From Pseudomonadota bacterium (GTDB lineage Bacteria; SZUA-182; DTGQ01), in contig DAOURK010000002.1 of NCBI GenBank assembly GCA_030625085.1, forward strand, positions 31,871 through 95,870: a stretch of 64,000 nt of DNA. Direction: 5' to 3'. Below, piece after piece: positions 40,431-51,510 of this stretch. Under the pieces are notes generated by a model that made no database searches, was not told where the DNA came from, and saw nothing but the letters and a program-made list of their open reading frames with translations. Position 1 is the stretch's first letter, and every line of letters starts with the position of its first letter. Position numbers and translations under genes: made by a program.

Positions 40431-41165
40431 GTGCAAAGGCTGATGGGAAATTCACCTGATACTTCAGAAAACAAAACCCTCCAATTTCCGATTTTATCTC
40501 ATTCGGAAAAATTTTATACCTTGGGATTAATGACTAATCGTATTATCCATGAAATGAATAACTCAGTCCAAGGAATTTTATTACTGGTCAATTTCCTAAA
40601 AATGAATTACTCCGCAGATGAAACAATAAGCGACCTGGACCAGGAAATCCAAAAGATGAGAAATCTCACACGCTCTGTTTTAGATTATATCAAAACGAAT
40701 ACCATTGAATTTGGCCCCTTAGATTTATCGATCATTATTAATAAAACAATAATCTTACTTAAGGATATAACCTCAGATCCGACATTTACATCAATAGAAA
40801 CTGAATACCCACCCTCCGTGCCATGGATAAAGGGGAATTTTTTTCATCTTCAGCAAGCCTTTCTCAATATATTTCTCTTTTGTGGTTGGGTCCTGAAGCA
40901 TTTCCAATCCTCTCGCCTTAGGGTTGAAATTAAACACGATCACCTTTTAAAATTATATAACGTAAAAATATGGTGTCAGGGACAAACGACCATGGAAAAA
41001 GGCTTACCTTTTGATGAATATGCGGAGGAGGCAAAGTTGAATTTAGCTCAAAAAATCTTCCGTATATATAATGGGCAGTTACAGGTTTCTGAGGCCAGTA
41101 ATAAAGACCCCGCTATTATTGTTACCCTTCCGGCATTTATACCCACATCCGACCAATCCGATTAA
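40431..41165 (+). CDS. Soluble histidine-kinase-like protein with degenerate ATP-binding boxes
   Basis: It has an H-box-like IIHEMNNSVQGI and an N-box-like FHLQQAFLNIF. No clear G1/G2 glycine motifs are present. Confidence 0.4.
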   Translation: MQRLMGNSPDTSENKTLQFPILSHSEKFYTLGLMTNRIIHEMNNSVQGILLLVNFLKMNYSADETISDLDQEIQKMRNLTRSVLDYIKTNTIEFGPLDLSIIINKTIILLKDITSDPTFTSIETEYPPSVPWIKGNFFHLQQAFLNIFLFCGWVLKHFQSSRLRVEIKHDHLLKLYNVKIWCQGQTTMEKGLPFDEYAEEAKLNLAQKIFRIYNGQLQVSEASNKDPAIIVTLPAFIPTSDQSD

Positions 41166-41354
41166 CGCTGCCAAGCATGCAAAAATCAATGATTCTCATT
41201 TTGCATTTCGGGAAAAATATTTGACGTTTTAGGCTTTTTATATTATATTTATAATGAGTTACCTAATATCTCTACCCAGCAGATATAATTCAATAATAAA
41301 TTATTGCAAATAGTATAAATCATTTTAAACTACCCAATAATGAGGAGTAAAAAA

Positions 41355-42497
41355 ATGAAAAAAAAATTATTACTATCCCCCGGGCCGACCCCTGTGCCTC
41401 CACAAGCATTGCTTGCCATGGCTCAACCCATAATTCACCATAGGACCCCGGAATACGTAGAGATATTTAACGAGGTTCGAGAAAAATTAAAATACCTTTT
41501 TCAGACCAAAAATGAGGTTTTAACTCTCTCCTCTTCCGGAACCGGCGCCATGGAAGGAGCTGTAACCAATTTGTTATCTAAAGGAGACAAAGCCCTGGTG
41601 GTGATTGGCGGAAAATTTGGTGAAAGATGGGCAGAAATCTGCCACAGCTACGACATCGAGGTAGTTCCCCTAGAGGTAGAATGGGGTATGGGAGTTGATC
41701 CTAATCTCATTGCCGAAACTCTGGAAAAAGACCCTGAAATCAAAGCAGTCTACACTACCATGAATGAAACCTCAACCGGTGTGGTCTATGACATTGAAAA
41801 TATAGCTAAAATAGTTCAAAAAAAAGAAAACTGTATTTTGGTGGTTGATGCCATTTCAGCTATTGGCGCCCTGCCTTGCCCTACAGACGAATGGGGTTTG
41901 GATGTGGTAGTTGCCGGCTCCCAAAAGGCTTTAATGATTCCACCCGGATTAGCTTTTGCCTGTTTAAGTGATAAGGCCTGGGGTTTTGTAGAAAAATCCA
42001 CACTGCCGAAATATTATTTTGACTTCAAAAAAGAAAGAAAAAATTTACTCAAAGGACAAACTGCTTACACACCGGCAGTCTCATTAGTAGTAGCCATTAA
42101 AGAAACTCTGACTATGATCCACGATGAAGGTCTTGAAAATATTTTCCATCGTCACGATCGCCTGGCCCGTGCCACTCGAGCTGCGGTAAAGGCCATAGGG
42201 TTAGAACTCTTAGCTCCTCAATCTCCCTCTAATGCAGTTACCGCTGTTAAAGCCCCTGAAGGAGTAGATGCTCAGGAAATTGTAAAAAAGATGAAAGGCA
42301 AATATGGTATGATCATAGCCGGCGGACAAGCTCACCTCAAGGGAAAAATCTTTCGTATTGCCCACCTGGGATACGCTGATTTATCTGATACTTTCTCGGC
42401 TATCGCTTGTTTAGAAATGTCTTGTAAAGAGCTTGGACTCCCTGTGACTCTGGGAGCCGGAATTCGGGCGGCCGAAGAAATCTTTTTGGCTGACTAA
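41355..42497 (+). CDS. Class-V (AGXT/SGAT-type) aminotransferase
   Basis: LLSPGPTPVP N-terminus and the PLP-lysine region SGSQKAL. The track ORF begins at 41340, but a GAGGAG RBS precedes the ATG at 41355. Confidence 0.8.
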   Translation: MKKKLLLSPGPTPVPPQALLAMAQPIIHHRTPEYVEIFNEVREKLKYLFQTKNEVLTLSSSGTGAMEGAVTNLLSKGDKALVVIGGKFGERWAEICHSYDIEVVPLEVEWGMGVDPNLIAETLEKDPEIKAVYTTMNETSTGVVYDIENIAKIVQKKENCILVVDAISAIGALPCPTDEWGLDVVVAGSQKALMIPPGLAFACLSDKAWGFVEKSTLPKYYFDFKKERKNLLKGQTAYTPAVSLVVAIKETLTMIHDEGLENIFHRHDRLARATRAAVKAIGLELLAPQSPSNAVTAVKAPEGVDAQEIVKKMKGKYGMIIAGGQAHLKGKIFRIAHLGYADLSDTFSAIACLEMSCKELGLPVTLGAGIRAAEEIFLAD

Positions 42498-42591
42498 TAG
42501 AGGGGATATTCCCTTTAATTTGTTGTATACAAAGAACTCAAGATTTTAAGAATAAGATTTGATGTCCTTGTAAAAAGTCCATGTTGGCAAA

Positions 42592-42709
42592 TTTGTCATT
42601 TTGACCGCAGGAAAAAATCTTGTATTTTTTCAGCAGCTTATGCAATAAAGATTTTTAATGCTGTTTACACTGAACGTAGTCAAGGTGTTCGAAATAACAC
42701 ATTGATATT
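42592..42709. repeat. Family-A element, diverged copy
   Basis: Contains TGTCATTTTGACC ... GTTTACACTGAACGTAGTCAAGGTGTTCGAAATAACAC. Confidence 0.5.
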
Positions 42710-42822
42710 ATAACTTTTATGCATTTCATCAGGGTTTAATAGTTTCAGAAAATCAAGATCAACATAACTGGGAATATAACAAAAACAGTAATAGGGAATG
42801 AATACAGATTAAGGAGAGAAAA

Positions 42823-44406
42823 ATGAAAGTTCTCATCAGCGATAAATTATCCCCGAAAGGAATTGAGCTATTCCAAAAGGAAGAAGGCATCGAGGTGGAT
42901 GTGAAAGTCGGTATGTCCCCTGAGGAATTAATCGCCTGCATTGGCGCTTATGATGCACTGGTTGTTCGAAGCGCCACCAAGGTCACTTCTGAAGTCCAGG
43001 CTGCTGCCAAAAACCTGAAAATAGTTGGTCGAGCCGGCAGTGGAGTGGACAATATTGATGTGGCTGAGGCATCCAAAAAAGGCATTATTGTCATGAATAC
43101 CCCGGGGGGCAACACTGTCACCACAGCCGAGCAAACCATCTCCCTGCTTCTGTCTCTGGTGAGAAACATTCCCCAGGCTACGGCTTCCATGAAAGCCAAA
43201 AAATGGGAAAAGAAAAAGTTCATGGGCACTGAGATTTTAAATAAAACCATCGGCATCATCGGTATGGGAAAAATCGGTACTGAAGTGGCCAAACGAGCCA
43301 AGGGATTATTTATGAACGTGGTTGCTTATGACCCGTATATCTCAGAAGAGGCAGCGCGAAAACTTCAGGTAGAGCTAATGGATTTGGAAGATATATTCAA
43401 AAAATCTGATATTATCACCCTCCATGTTCCCAAAAACAATGAAACGAAAAATATTATCAATAAAGAGACTATCCGGAAAATGAAAGATGGAGTGCGAATT
43501 ATTAATTGCGCCCGCGGGGGATTGGTAGATGAAAAAGCCCTGACCGAAGCTCTGAAAAGTGGGAAAGTAGCCGGCGCTGCCATTGATGTTTATGAGCAGG
43601 AACCTCCACCGGCAGATAATCCTTTATTGGAGCTTCCCAATGTAATTTGTACACCTCATTTGGGGGCATCAACCGAAGAAGCACAAGATAATGTGGCCAT
43701 TGCCATAGCTGAGCAGATAATCGATTTTCTGAAAAACGGTACTATTAGAAACGCGCTTAATGCACCTTCAATTCCTGTAGAGGTCCTCGCCAGTATAAAA
43801 CCTTATGTTATTTTAGCTGAAAACATGGGTAGCCTCCTTTCCCAAATCAGCGAAGGCCGACTTCAAAAATTTACTATCAGTTACCACGGGGAAGTCCTGG
43901 ATTATAATCTGACCCCCATCACTGTAGCAGCCCTGATGGGCTTATTAAAGCCAATCCTCCAAGAGGAGGTAAACTATGTGAATGCCCCTATACTGGCCAA
44001 AGAACGTCAAATTAATGTTGAAGAGACCAAAGAAACCTCCATCGGGGATTATACCAATTTAATTAGGTTGACTCTACAGACCGATAAAGGCGTCAGTGCC
44101 GTATCAGGTACCATATTTGGCAAGGCAAATCCCAGAATAGTAAACATTAATGGATTTGAGGTAGAAGTTCAGCTAACCGAAAAAATGCTCGTTTTTGATA
44201 ATATTGACCAACCAGGAGTCATTGGCAGCATAGGAAGTCTTATTGGCCAAGCCGGCATCAATATATCAGGTATGCAGTTTGGTCGAGAAAAACCCGGGGG
44301 TAAAGCCATCTCCATTCTTAATATCGATAATCATGTAGATCAAGACATGCTGAAAAAATTCAAAGAATTACCCAATGTGGTTTCAGTTAAACTGGTATCA
44401 TTATAG
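42823..44406 (+). CDS. serA: D-3-phosphoglycerate dehydrogenase with a C-terminal ACT domain
   Basis: NAD-binding GxGxxG (GMGKIG), catalytic R/E/H residues; 527 aa. Confidence 0.9.
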   Translation: MKVLISDKLSPKGIELFQKEEGIEVDVKVGMSPEELIACIGAYDALVVRSATKVTSEVQAAAKNLKIVGRAGSGVDNIDVAEASKKGIIVMNTPGGNTVTTAEQTISLLLSLVRNIPQATASMKAKKWEKKKFMGTEILNKTIGIIGMGKIGTEVAKRAKGLFMNVVAYDPYISEEAARKLQVELMDLEDIFKKSDIITLHVPKNNETKNIINKETIRKMKDGVRIINCARGGLVDEKALTEALKSGKVAGAAIDVYEQEPPPADNPLLELPNVICTPHLGASTEEAQDNVAIAIAEQIIDFLKNGTIRNALNAPSIPVEVLASIKPYVILAENMGSLLSQISEGRLQKFTISYHGEVLDYNLTPITVAALMGLLKPILQEEVNYVNAPILAKERQINVEETKETSIGDYTNLIRLTLQTDKGVSAVSGTIFGKANPRIVNINGFEVEVQLTEKMLVFDNIDQPGVIGSIGSLIGQAGINISGMQFGREKPGGKAISILNIDNHVDQDMLKKFKELPNVVSVKLVSL

Positions 44407-46296
44407 ACTTTTTCTCGTCTTAAGATGAATCATCAAAACAGAGATGGCCGCAGGTGTTATCCCTGAAATACGCGAAGCTTGACCAAGAGAAAAAGGACGA
44501 ATCTGGCTCAGCTTCTGTTTAACCTCATTGGATAAGCCTGAAAGATGCTGATAGTTTAAATCTTCAGGGAGTTTAATTCGTTCCAGGTTTTGAAATTGTT
44601 TTATATCTTGCATCTGCCGTTGAATATATCCATCATATTTTACCTGAATTTCAATTTGCCTGCCTACTTCCGGATCTATCTGATGTAATTCATCACACTC
44701 CCGGCAAGCTTGAAATTCTCTCAAATCGTGCAGGCAAATACCTGGCCGCCGTAAAATGCCCAATAAAGACACCACCTTCTTCAAGGGAGACGAGCCAAGA
44801 TCAGCTAAAACTTTATTCGTACCGGCATCGGGCACAAGCTTAATTTGAGAAAGCCTTTCTAAGCCCAAACTAATGGCCTTTTCCTTGTCCCTGATTTCAC
44901 TATACCTTTCTTGACTCACCAGTCCTAATTGATACCCCTTTTCCGCTAATCTCAAATCCGCATTGTCCTCCCGAAGGAGCAAGCGATATTCAGCTCTGGA
45001 AGTAAACATCCGGTAAGGTTCCCTGGTCCCGCGAGTTATTAAGTCATCCACCAGGACCCCCATATAGGCATCCGATCGGTCCAGTATAAAAGGCTTCTCC
45101 CCTTTTACAGCCAGAGCTGCATTAATTCCGGCCCATAACCCCTGGGATGCTGCCTCCTCATATCCTGAGGTGCCATTAATCTGACCGGCCAGGTAAAAGC
45201 CCTGTATCAATTTCGTCTCCAGGGTAGGCTTTAGTTGTGTAGGAAATATAAAATCATACTCTATAGCATAAGCCGGTCGCATAATCTCTGCTTCCTCAAG
45301 TCCCTTAACAGAATGAACAATAGCCACCTGCAGGTCATAGGGGAGGCTGTTACCCAAACCACTGACATAAATCTCTTCGGTATCCACCCCCTCGGGTTCA
45401 ATAATTACCTGATGATTTTGCCGATCAGGAAACTTCATCAGTTTATCCTCTAAAGATGGACAATACCGGGCCGCAATACCGGTAATCGTGCCATTATAGA
45501 GGGGAGACAAATGAATGTTCTTTTGAATTATCTCATGGGTCCGCGGATTGGTCTGAGTGATATAGCACGGCAATTGTGGAAGCTGAACCTCTTTGGTAGA
45601 AAAAGAAAAGGGACGAGGTGATTCATCACCGGATTGTATACGTAAAGATGAAGAATCAATGGTGGAACTGCGAAGACGAGGCGGTGTACCTGTTTTTAAC
45701 CGGCCGATCTGAAAGCCTATTTCTTGTAAATGTAAGGCCAGTTTTTCTGCAGAAAATTCCCCCGCACGACCGGCCGGTATATGTTGATTCCCGATATGGA
45801 TCAAGCCGTGCAAAAAGGTGCCTGCCGCTAAAATCACCTTTTCCCCCAAAATCTCTCCCTGCACCTGAGCTTGAACACCAAACACTTTCCCTTCGTCAGC
45901 CAACAATTTTTCTACCATATCTTGCCGGATAAAAAGATTAGCTGTCTTTTCTAAGACCTCTTTCATGGCTGAGTGATAGCGAAGCTTGTCATTTTGAGTC
46001 CTTGATCCCTGAACAGCAGGTCCTTTACTTGTATTCAATATCTTGAATTGGATAGCTGTCTTGTCGGCAATCTTACCCATCTCCCCGCCCAAAGCATCGA
46101 TTTCCTTGACTAAATGTCCCTTGCCGAGGCCTCCAATAGAAGGGCTGCAGGCCATGCCGGCTATACTATCCAGATTCATGGTCAAAAGAAGCGTTCGACA
46201 TCCCATACGGGCGCTGGCTAAGGCGGCTTCACACCCAGCGTGCCCTCCCCCAACTACAATAACATCATATTTTCCTGACTTAGCCATTGTCTTCAT
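44401..46296 (-). CDS. mnmG: tRNA uridine-5-carboxymethylaminomethyl modification enzyme
   Basis: FAD-binding VVGGGHAGCEAA and full-length GidA/MnmG. Confidence 0.9.
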   Translation of the reverse strand: MKTMAKSGKYDVIVVGGGHAGCEAALASARMGCRTLLLTMNLDSIAGMACSPSIGGLGKGHLVKEIDALGGEMGKIADKTAIQFKILNTSKGPAVQGSRTQNDKLRYHSAMKEVLEKTANLFIRQDMVEKLLADEGKVFGVQAQVQGEILGEKVILAAGTFLHGLIHIGNQHIPAGRAGEFSAEKLALHLQEIGFQIGRLKTGTPPRLRSSTIDSSSLRIQSGDESPRPFSFSTKEVQLPQLPCYITQTNPRTHEIIQKNIHLSPLYNGTITGIAARYCPSLEDKLMKFPDRQNHQVIIEPEGVDTEEIYVSGLGNSLPYDLQVAIVHSVKGLEEAEIMRPAYAIEYDFIFPTQLKPTLETKLIQGFYLAGQINGTSGYEEAASQGLWAGINAALAVKGEKPFILDRSDAYMGVLVDDLITRGTREPYRMFTSRAEYRLLLREDNADLRLAEKGYQLGLVSQERYSEIRDKEKAISLGLERLSQIKLVPDAGTNKVLADLGSSPLKKVVSLLGILRRPGICLHDLREFQACRECDELHQIDPEVGRQIEIQVKYDGYIQRQMQDIKQFQNLERIKLPEDLNYQHLSGLSNEVKQKLSQIRPFSLGQASRISGITPAAISVLMIHLKTRKSL

Positions 46297-46648
46297 ATCT
46301 ATTTATTTAAAATTTTTCCAATCCATTTCATTAGACAGGATTAACAAGATTTATTGGATTTACTGGATTTTCTTTGTCCTGCCCACCCTAAAAAAAATGG
46401 GGAAATCCTCTATCATAAATTTAAGTACAAACTCGATTATTTTACCACAGTCAATTATCAAATTCTATTAAGAGTTAATCAAGGCACTGCTAATTCTCAA
46501 TTCACCTCCTTTCTCTTTTCAAAATCAAAATTAATAAGCTTAATCTTATTTATTTTCCAATTTATCCTGTACGTGCTATACTTTTCAATGCCTAAATGAA
46601 ATCAGCTAAAAAAATAAGGGTAGTGCCCTATTAAAAATAATGTTTTCA

Positions 46649-46700
46649 AAAGATTTCTCCCGGAGTTTACACTGTACAAAGTGAATGTGGTCGAGATCAT
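46649..46700. repeat. Family-A element, partial copy
   Basis: AAGATTTCTCCCGGAGTTTACACTGTACAAAGTGAATGTGGTCGAGATCAT. Confidence 0.5.
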
Positions 46701-46809
46701 AAAAAAACGAAACAACAAAAAAGGGGTGAGGTTCAAACACTGCTTATATAATTTAAATATATAATAATCGATCACTCATTATAACTCATTGGAACACTGA
46801 TCATTTGTC

Positions 46810-47769
46810 ATGGCCAAACGATATTACGATTTTAATACATATCTGCGATCCATTTATGGTGAGCGGGTTCAGAAAATAACCATTGATGCCGGGCTCACCT
46901 GTCCCAATCGTGATGGTGTCCTGTCCACTAAAGGTTGCATCTATTGCAATAAAAAAGGCTCCGGCACAGGCCTGTGGCTAGAGGGGCTGTCAGTCCGGGA
47001 GCAAATTTTACGAGCACAACATTCAATCCAAAAACGTTACAAAGCTCAAAAATTTTTAGCCTATTTCCAATCCTTCACTAATACTTACGCCCCCTTAAAA
47101 ACCTTACAAAAACTTTATGAAGAAGCCCTCTCTGTTGAGGGAGTCGTAGGCCTTTGCATTGGCACCCGACCGGACTGTATTTATCCTGAGGTGTTAGACC
47201 TGCTGGAAAATTATGCTCAAAATTATCTTATCTGGCTGGAATATGGATTACAGTCATTCCATGAAAACAGTTTACAGAGGATCAATCGAGGACATGGGAT
47301 CAAAGAATTTCTTCAAGCCATTGAACTTACAAGGCTTCGAAAAAAAATTAATATTTGTACCCACATTATTCTCGGGCTGCCGGGAGAAAAAAAATCCGAT
47401 ATGATTGCCACAGCCATCGAACTTTCAAAATTGGAAACCCAGGGAATTAAATTGCACCTCCTCTATGTGATTAAAGGCACAGTTTTGGCTGAAATGTATA
47501 CCCGGGGAGAATATCGCTGCCTCAACAGAGAGGAATACATTGATATTGTTTGTGAATTTTTACAATATCTTCCCTCAACAATGGTTATTCAAAGACTTAT
47601 CAGCGATCCCCATCCTGAAGAGCTGATTGCCCCTTCCTGGATCCTTGAAAAAACAAAAAACCGCCAAGAGATAGAAAAAGCCTTAGAAGAAAAAAATATC
47701 AAGCAAGGTCAAAAGATAGATAATTTTATTTCGTTTCAAAGCACCTCCCCCTTTTTTTTATCCCTTTAA
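46810..47769 (+). CDS. Radical SAM protein, TIGR01212 (YhcC-like) family
   Basis: TCPNRDG...GCIYC motif. Confidence 0.75.
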   Translation: MAKRYYDFNTYLRSIYGERVQKITIDAGLTCPNRDGVLSTKGCIYCNKKGSGTGLWLEGLSVREQILRAQHSIQKRYKAQKFLAYFQSFTNTYAPLKTLQKLYEEALSVEGVVGLCIGTRPDCIYPEVLDLLENYAQNYLIWLEYGLQSFHENSLQRINRGHGIKEFLQAIELTRLRKKINICTHIILGLPGEKKSDMIATAIELSKLETQGIKLHLLYVIKGTVLAEMYTRGEYRCLNREEYIDIVCEFLQYLPSTMVIQRLISDPHPEELIAPSWILEKTKNRQEIEKALEEKNIKQGQKIDNFISFQSTSPFFLSL

Positions 47770-47901
47770 TAATAATAAGTTACAAATTATTTCGCTCTAC
47801 TTTTAAAAAAAAATTTAATAATGAAACAATATTATTTGACATTATTTTATCAATATGTTAAATAAAGACAATTGATATATTTTTAATAAAAAGGAGGAAA
47901 A

Positions 47902-49290
47902 ATGAACAGTATTCTTATTATCGAAGATCACCAAACCACAAGAAAAGGGCTGGCCTCTCTCTTGAAAAATTCAGGATATCTTGTAGATGAGGCAGATAAC
48001 GGCCTTGAAGCCGAATCCATGATTACCGGAAATCGATACGACTTAATTTTAATAGATATCTTCTTACCTCAAGTCAACGGGTTAAAACTTCTTAAAAAAA
48101 CCAAGGAAATATATCCCGGCACAGAAGTAATTATTATCACAGGACACGAAACTATTGATAGTGCTATACATGCGATGAAGTTAGGGGCCTATGATTATTT
48201 ATTAAAACCATTAGACCCAGAAAAAATCATAGCTACTGTAGATCAAGCCATTGAAAAGAAAATTTTTATAAAAAATCCTCCCCATTCTATTGATTCCCAT
48301 ACAGGAACTCCATGTTTACTGGGTCGTTCAAAACAAATGATTGAAATTTTTAAATTTTTGGCTAAAATATCTACCATGGAAAAACCGGTTATGATAATCG
48401 GTGAAACAGGTACCGGGAAAAAAAGTCTGGCTCAAATTATCCATAAAAACAGCCCTCGAAAAAAATCGCCTTTTATTATGCTCAATTGTTCAACGATCCC
48501 TAATAATTTAACTGAAGAGCAAGCTTTCCAGTATTTAAAGGCAAAAATCTCAGAAAAAAAGGGTAATAATCATAACAAAAATATAAAATACACTCTCTAT
48601 TTAAAAAATATCGATATGGCCTCGCCATCAATTCAATCAATCTTATTATTTTTTCTGGATAATCATTCTACTTCACCAGATCTAAAAAAACCTTTTATGG
48701 AAAATATCTGGTTAATAAGCTCAAGTAAAAAAAATCTAAAGAAATTAGTAGAAAAAAAATTATTTAGACAAGACCTATTTTTCCGAATCAATGCTCTTCC
48801 TATGTATATTCCACCCCTAAGGGAGAGAAAAGTCGATATTCCTCTTCTGGCTAATCATTTTTTAAATAAATATGCCATTTCTCCAAACAAATCCTTGTCC
48901 TCTGAAGTGTTAGCCTTATTTATGAGATATCAATGGCCCGGTAATATTCAAGAGCTTAAAAACGTCATTGAATATACTGTTCTTATGTCCATCCAAAATC
49001 AAATTGCCCTGGAAGATCTGCCAACCTACCTCAAAGAGGCAGAGTCTTCGCTTTTCCTTGATATTCGAGAAAAAGAGCTTTCCTTAAAAGACTTGGAAAA
49101 AATCTATATCTTAAGACAATTAGAAGCTTATGAATGGAACCAAAAAAAAGTCGCCGGCCGGTTGGGGATCGGGAGGACAACCCTGTGGAGAAAATTAAAT
49201 CAGTACGGAATCGTTGCACCCTCTTCGAAAAAAAATTTAAGGGCTAAAAGCATTCAGCTCTCGGCCCTCAAGCCCAAATTTTACCACTGA
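47902..49290 (+). CDS. NtrC-architecture response regulator (REC, AAA+-like, Fis HTH) whose GAFTGA loop and Walker B are degenerate
   Basis: REC domain with the phospho-acceptor Asp. Walker A GETGTGKK is intact. Where ESELFGHEKGAFTGA is expected the sequence is TEEQAFQYLKAKISE. The Walker B reads TLYLKNID in place of the canonical TLFLDEIG. The R-finger region FRQDLFFRIN...PPLRER and the HTH are present. Confidence 0.7.
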   Translation: MNSILIIEDHQTTRKGLASLLKNSGYLVDEADNGLEAESMITGNRYDLILIDIFLPQVNGLKLLKKTKEIYPGTEVIIITGHETIDSAIHAMKLGAYDYLLKPLDPEKIIATVDQAIEKKIFIKNPPHSIDSHTGTPCLLGRSKQMIEIFKFLAKISTMEKPVMIIGETGTGKKSLAQIIHKNSPRKKSPFIMLNCSTIPNNLTEEQAFQYLKAKISEKKGNNHNKNIKYTLYLKNIDMASPSIQSILLFFLDNHSTSPDLKKPFMENIWLISSSKKNLKKLVEKKLFRQDLFFRINALPMYIPPLRERKVDIPLLANHFLNKYAISPNKSLSSEVLALFMRYQWPGNIQELKNVIEYTVLMSIQNQIALEDLPTYLKEAESSLFLDIREKELSLKDLEKIYILRQLEAYEWNQKKVAGRLGIGRTTLWRKLNQYGIVAPSSKKNLRAKSIQLSALKPKFYH

Positions 49291-49354
49291 AATATAATAA
49301 AACGCCTGATCAGCACTTTACATTTTAACCTCGTTCAATTTTTAAAGATTTGCT

Positions 49355-49426
49355 GTAGCGCAGGGCTTCAGACTTTCTTAAGCCTTTATTAAAAAAAGCT
49401 TTAGCATGGCTTTAGCCCTGAGCTAC
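49355..49426. repeat. Family-H hairpin-related element between convergent genes
   Basis: GTAGCGCAGGGCTTCAG ... CTTTAGCCCTGAGCTAC. Confidence 0.4.
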
Positions 49427-49454
49427 ATAAGCCCGGCAAAATAAAAATGGCCCA

Positions 49455-50267
49455 TTATTGATACAAATCCAATCGGCTGCTCAGCTCTTTCACCTTTTGA
49501 CGAAGATGTTTGATCCCCCGATGGTGATGAGAAGAAACCGTTGACTCAGCTAATCCTAAAAGTTCTCCCACTTCTCTCATACTCATCTCATTCCAATAAT
49601 ACAAAGAAAGAACAGTTCTCTGCCTTGCCGGCAAACCCTCAATAGCTTCACTCAATACATCCCGGATCTTCTTGTAATTGAGATATTCCAAAACATGGTC
49701 ATCATAAGAATACTTGAGCATTCCAATAAGACTCTCTTTCTCTTTCTTTGATAGTCCCTTTTCAATATCCTCTATATTCAGCACTGAAAACCCTTTGGTC
49801 TGCTGGCTCAATTGATTAAATTCTTCTACAGAAAGCCCCATTTCCTGGGCAATTTCTACTGATGTCGCCTCTTTCCCAACCTTTTTCTCTGCATCCTGAT
49901 AGGCACTTTCAAATTGCTTGGCTTTCTGATGAACAGATCGAGGAGTACAATCAAGAGATCTTAATTCATCCAAAATAGCCCCACGAATTCGAAATTCGGC
50001 ATAGGTCTTAAATTTAATATTCTTGGTAGGATCATATTTTTCTATAGCATCGATTAAACCAATAACTCCAACCTCAATTAAATCTTCTATATCAACACAA
50101 GCCGGCAAATGATTAGCCAGTCTTTTAGCCATGTATTTTACTAACATAAGATGATCTAGGATCATTTTTTCTCGAATTTCATGATCAAATCTCTCTTTAT
50201 TTCCTCCTTCTTCAATTTCTTCATCTACTTGTGTCTCCAATTGTGTTTCCAAAATACCTCCCCCCAT
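49455..50267 (-). CDS. FliA/sigma-28-type alternative sigma factor (sigma-70 family regions 2-4)
   Basis: Region 2 (DLIEVGVIGLIDAIEKYDP, FKTYAEFRIRGAI) and region 4 HTH (MSMREVGELLGLAESTVSSHHHRG). Confidence 0.75.
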   Translation of the reverse strand: MGGGILETQLETQVDEEIEEGGNKERFDHEIREKMILDHLMLVKYMAKRLANHLPACVDIEDLIEVGVIGLIDAIEKYDPTKNIKFKTYAEFRIRGAILDELRSLDCTPRSVHQKAKQFESAYQDAEKKVGKEATSVEIAQEMGLSVEEFNQLSQQTKGFSVLNIEDIEKGLSKKEKESLIGMLKYSYDDHVLEYLNYKKIRDVLSEAIEGLPARQRTVLSLYYWNEMSMREVGELLGLAESTVSSHHHRGIKHLRQKVKELSSRLDLYQ

Positions 50268-50653
50268 ATTTATATATAAAAAAATATTAATCTATATGCT
50301 AATTCCGGACCCTAAAAATGAGACTATGAACATACATTTTGCCTGGGTACCTTCACCCGAAATGTTGACCCCTCGTTTTGGGGACTTTTCACCTCAATGC
50401 CAGATCTCCATAAACCATTTTCATTTTTCGTATACCAGGGTCCAGATGATATCTTTTTTCAATTCGATGTTTAAAATATAAATACGAATCGAAAAACCTA
50501 ATCTCTGGTTTCATCATTTTATTAGCATCACCCCATTCCTCCTTTCCATTTTTATCATGCAGTAATTTCACCATAATATTTTTAATAATCCTGGTTATGG
50601 ATCGTGCATTTTTCAAAATAGTTTCTATACCCTAAATTATTTTTTTTCCATCT

Positions 50654-50720
50654 TTGCAGGCCGGGGGAGAGAGGGATAAGGGTGATCCCATTTATTTATT
50701 AACCCGGCCTGCAATTTTTT
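50654..50720 (+). terminator. Terminator-like structure in a gene-free stretch: 12-bp GC-rich stem, structured loop, then T6
   Basis: TTGCAGGCCGGG ... CCCGGCCTGCAA TTTTTT. Confidence 0.35.
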
Positions 50721-51289
50721 ATTTCAAGGATACCAATTGATTCAATCGAAAGCCCAAATATGTAATCACAGCAAACATTAATAAAAATGAAAGAAAAAAT
50801 AGAATAGAACTTGTATAAAGGAAATAATCCACCCAATGGTTGCAATTCTCTATTTCTAATTTACATAGCTATATAAGCAAAAAATATGCCATACCTGTAA
50901 AATAATAAATCTTAAACAATTATAGATATTATCTAAAAATAATTTTATAATTATAGATATTAAAATTTTAGGAAGAAAAAATTAAGGAATGAAATGCAGA
51001 AGTTAATAAAAAGATCTTTATCCAGGGAAAAATTAACCTGAAATAATGGCAATAAATTCCCTATATATAACCCAAAAAAATCTTTACACAACTATCTATT
51101 TAAATTCCAAACAAATACCCTTCATAACCAGAGATTTTGCCATAGGAATAAAACCTGCAAATTAAAAAAAATCATATTATATGTCACCTTTTCCACATCT
51201 TTACCCTTTTCATTTCATTCATCATATCACTCTTGAATAGATCTACTTCTCCCATGGGCACCACCTAAAAAACCGGCGTTAGCTGCGTA

Positions 51290-51510
51290 ATGCAGCTTAG
51301 CCCTGCTAAGTATTCAGGTTGGCGAAATGTTCGCTGAAGCGATATAGGGAGGCTTTTTGTCAAGCTACTTAGCGAAGCAAAAGCGATAAAAATTGCCGCT
51401 GTCTGAGCAAAGTGAGTTCGGCAATTTAGCTTTTGCGAGCTTAGAAGTTTAAAAAAGCCGACCGTCTAGCGAAGAGAATTTTTGCCGGTATTCGAAATAA
51501 CACTTTGATG
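51290..51510. repeat. Degenerate composite of family-A/C repeat modules
   Basis: GCGAAATGTTCGCTGAAG (also at 12370) ... CTTAGCGAAGCAAAAG (compare 13417) ... GTATTCGAAATAACACTTTGATGAGAC (compare 42686). Confidence 0.4.

Noticed and set aside
50296-50616. Small ORFs 50296..50481 (+) and 50389..50616 (-)
   Set aside because: They are mutually overlapping in an AT-rich intergenic region. They have no RBS and no homology, and they contain a family-B repeat fragment.
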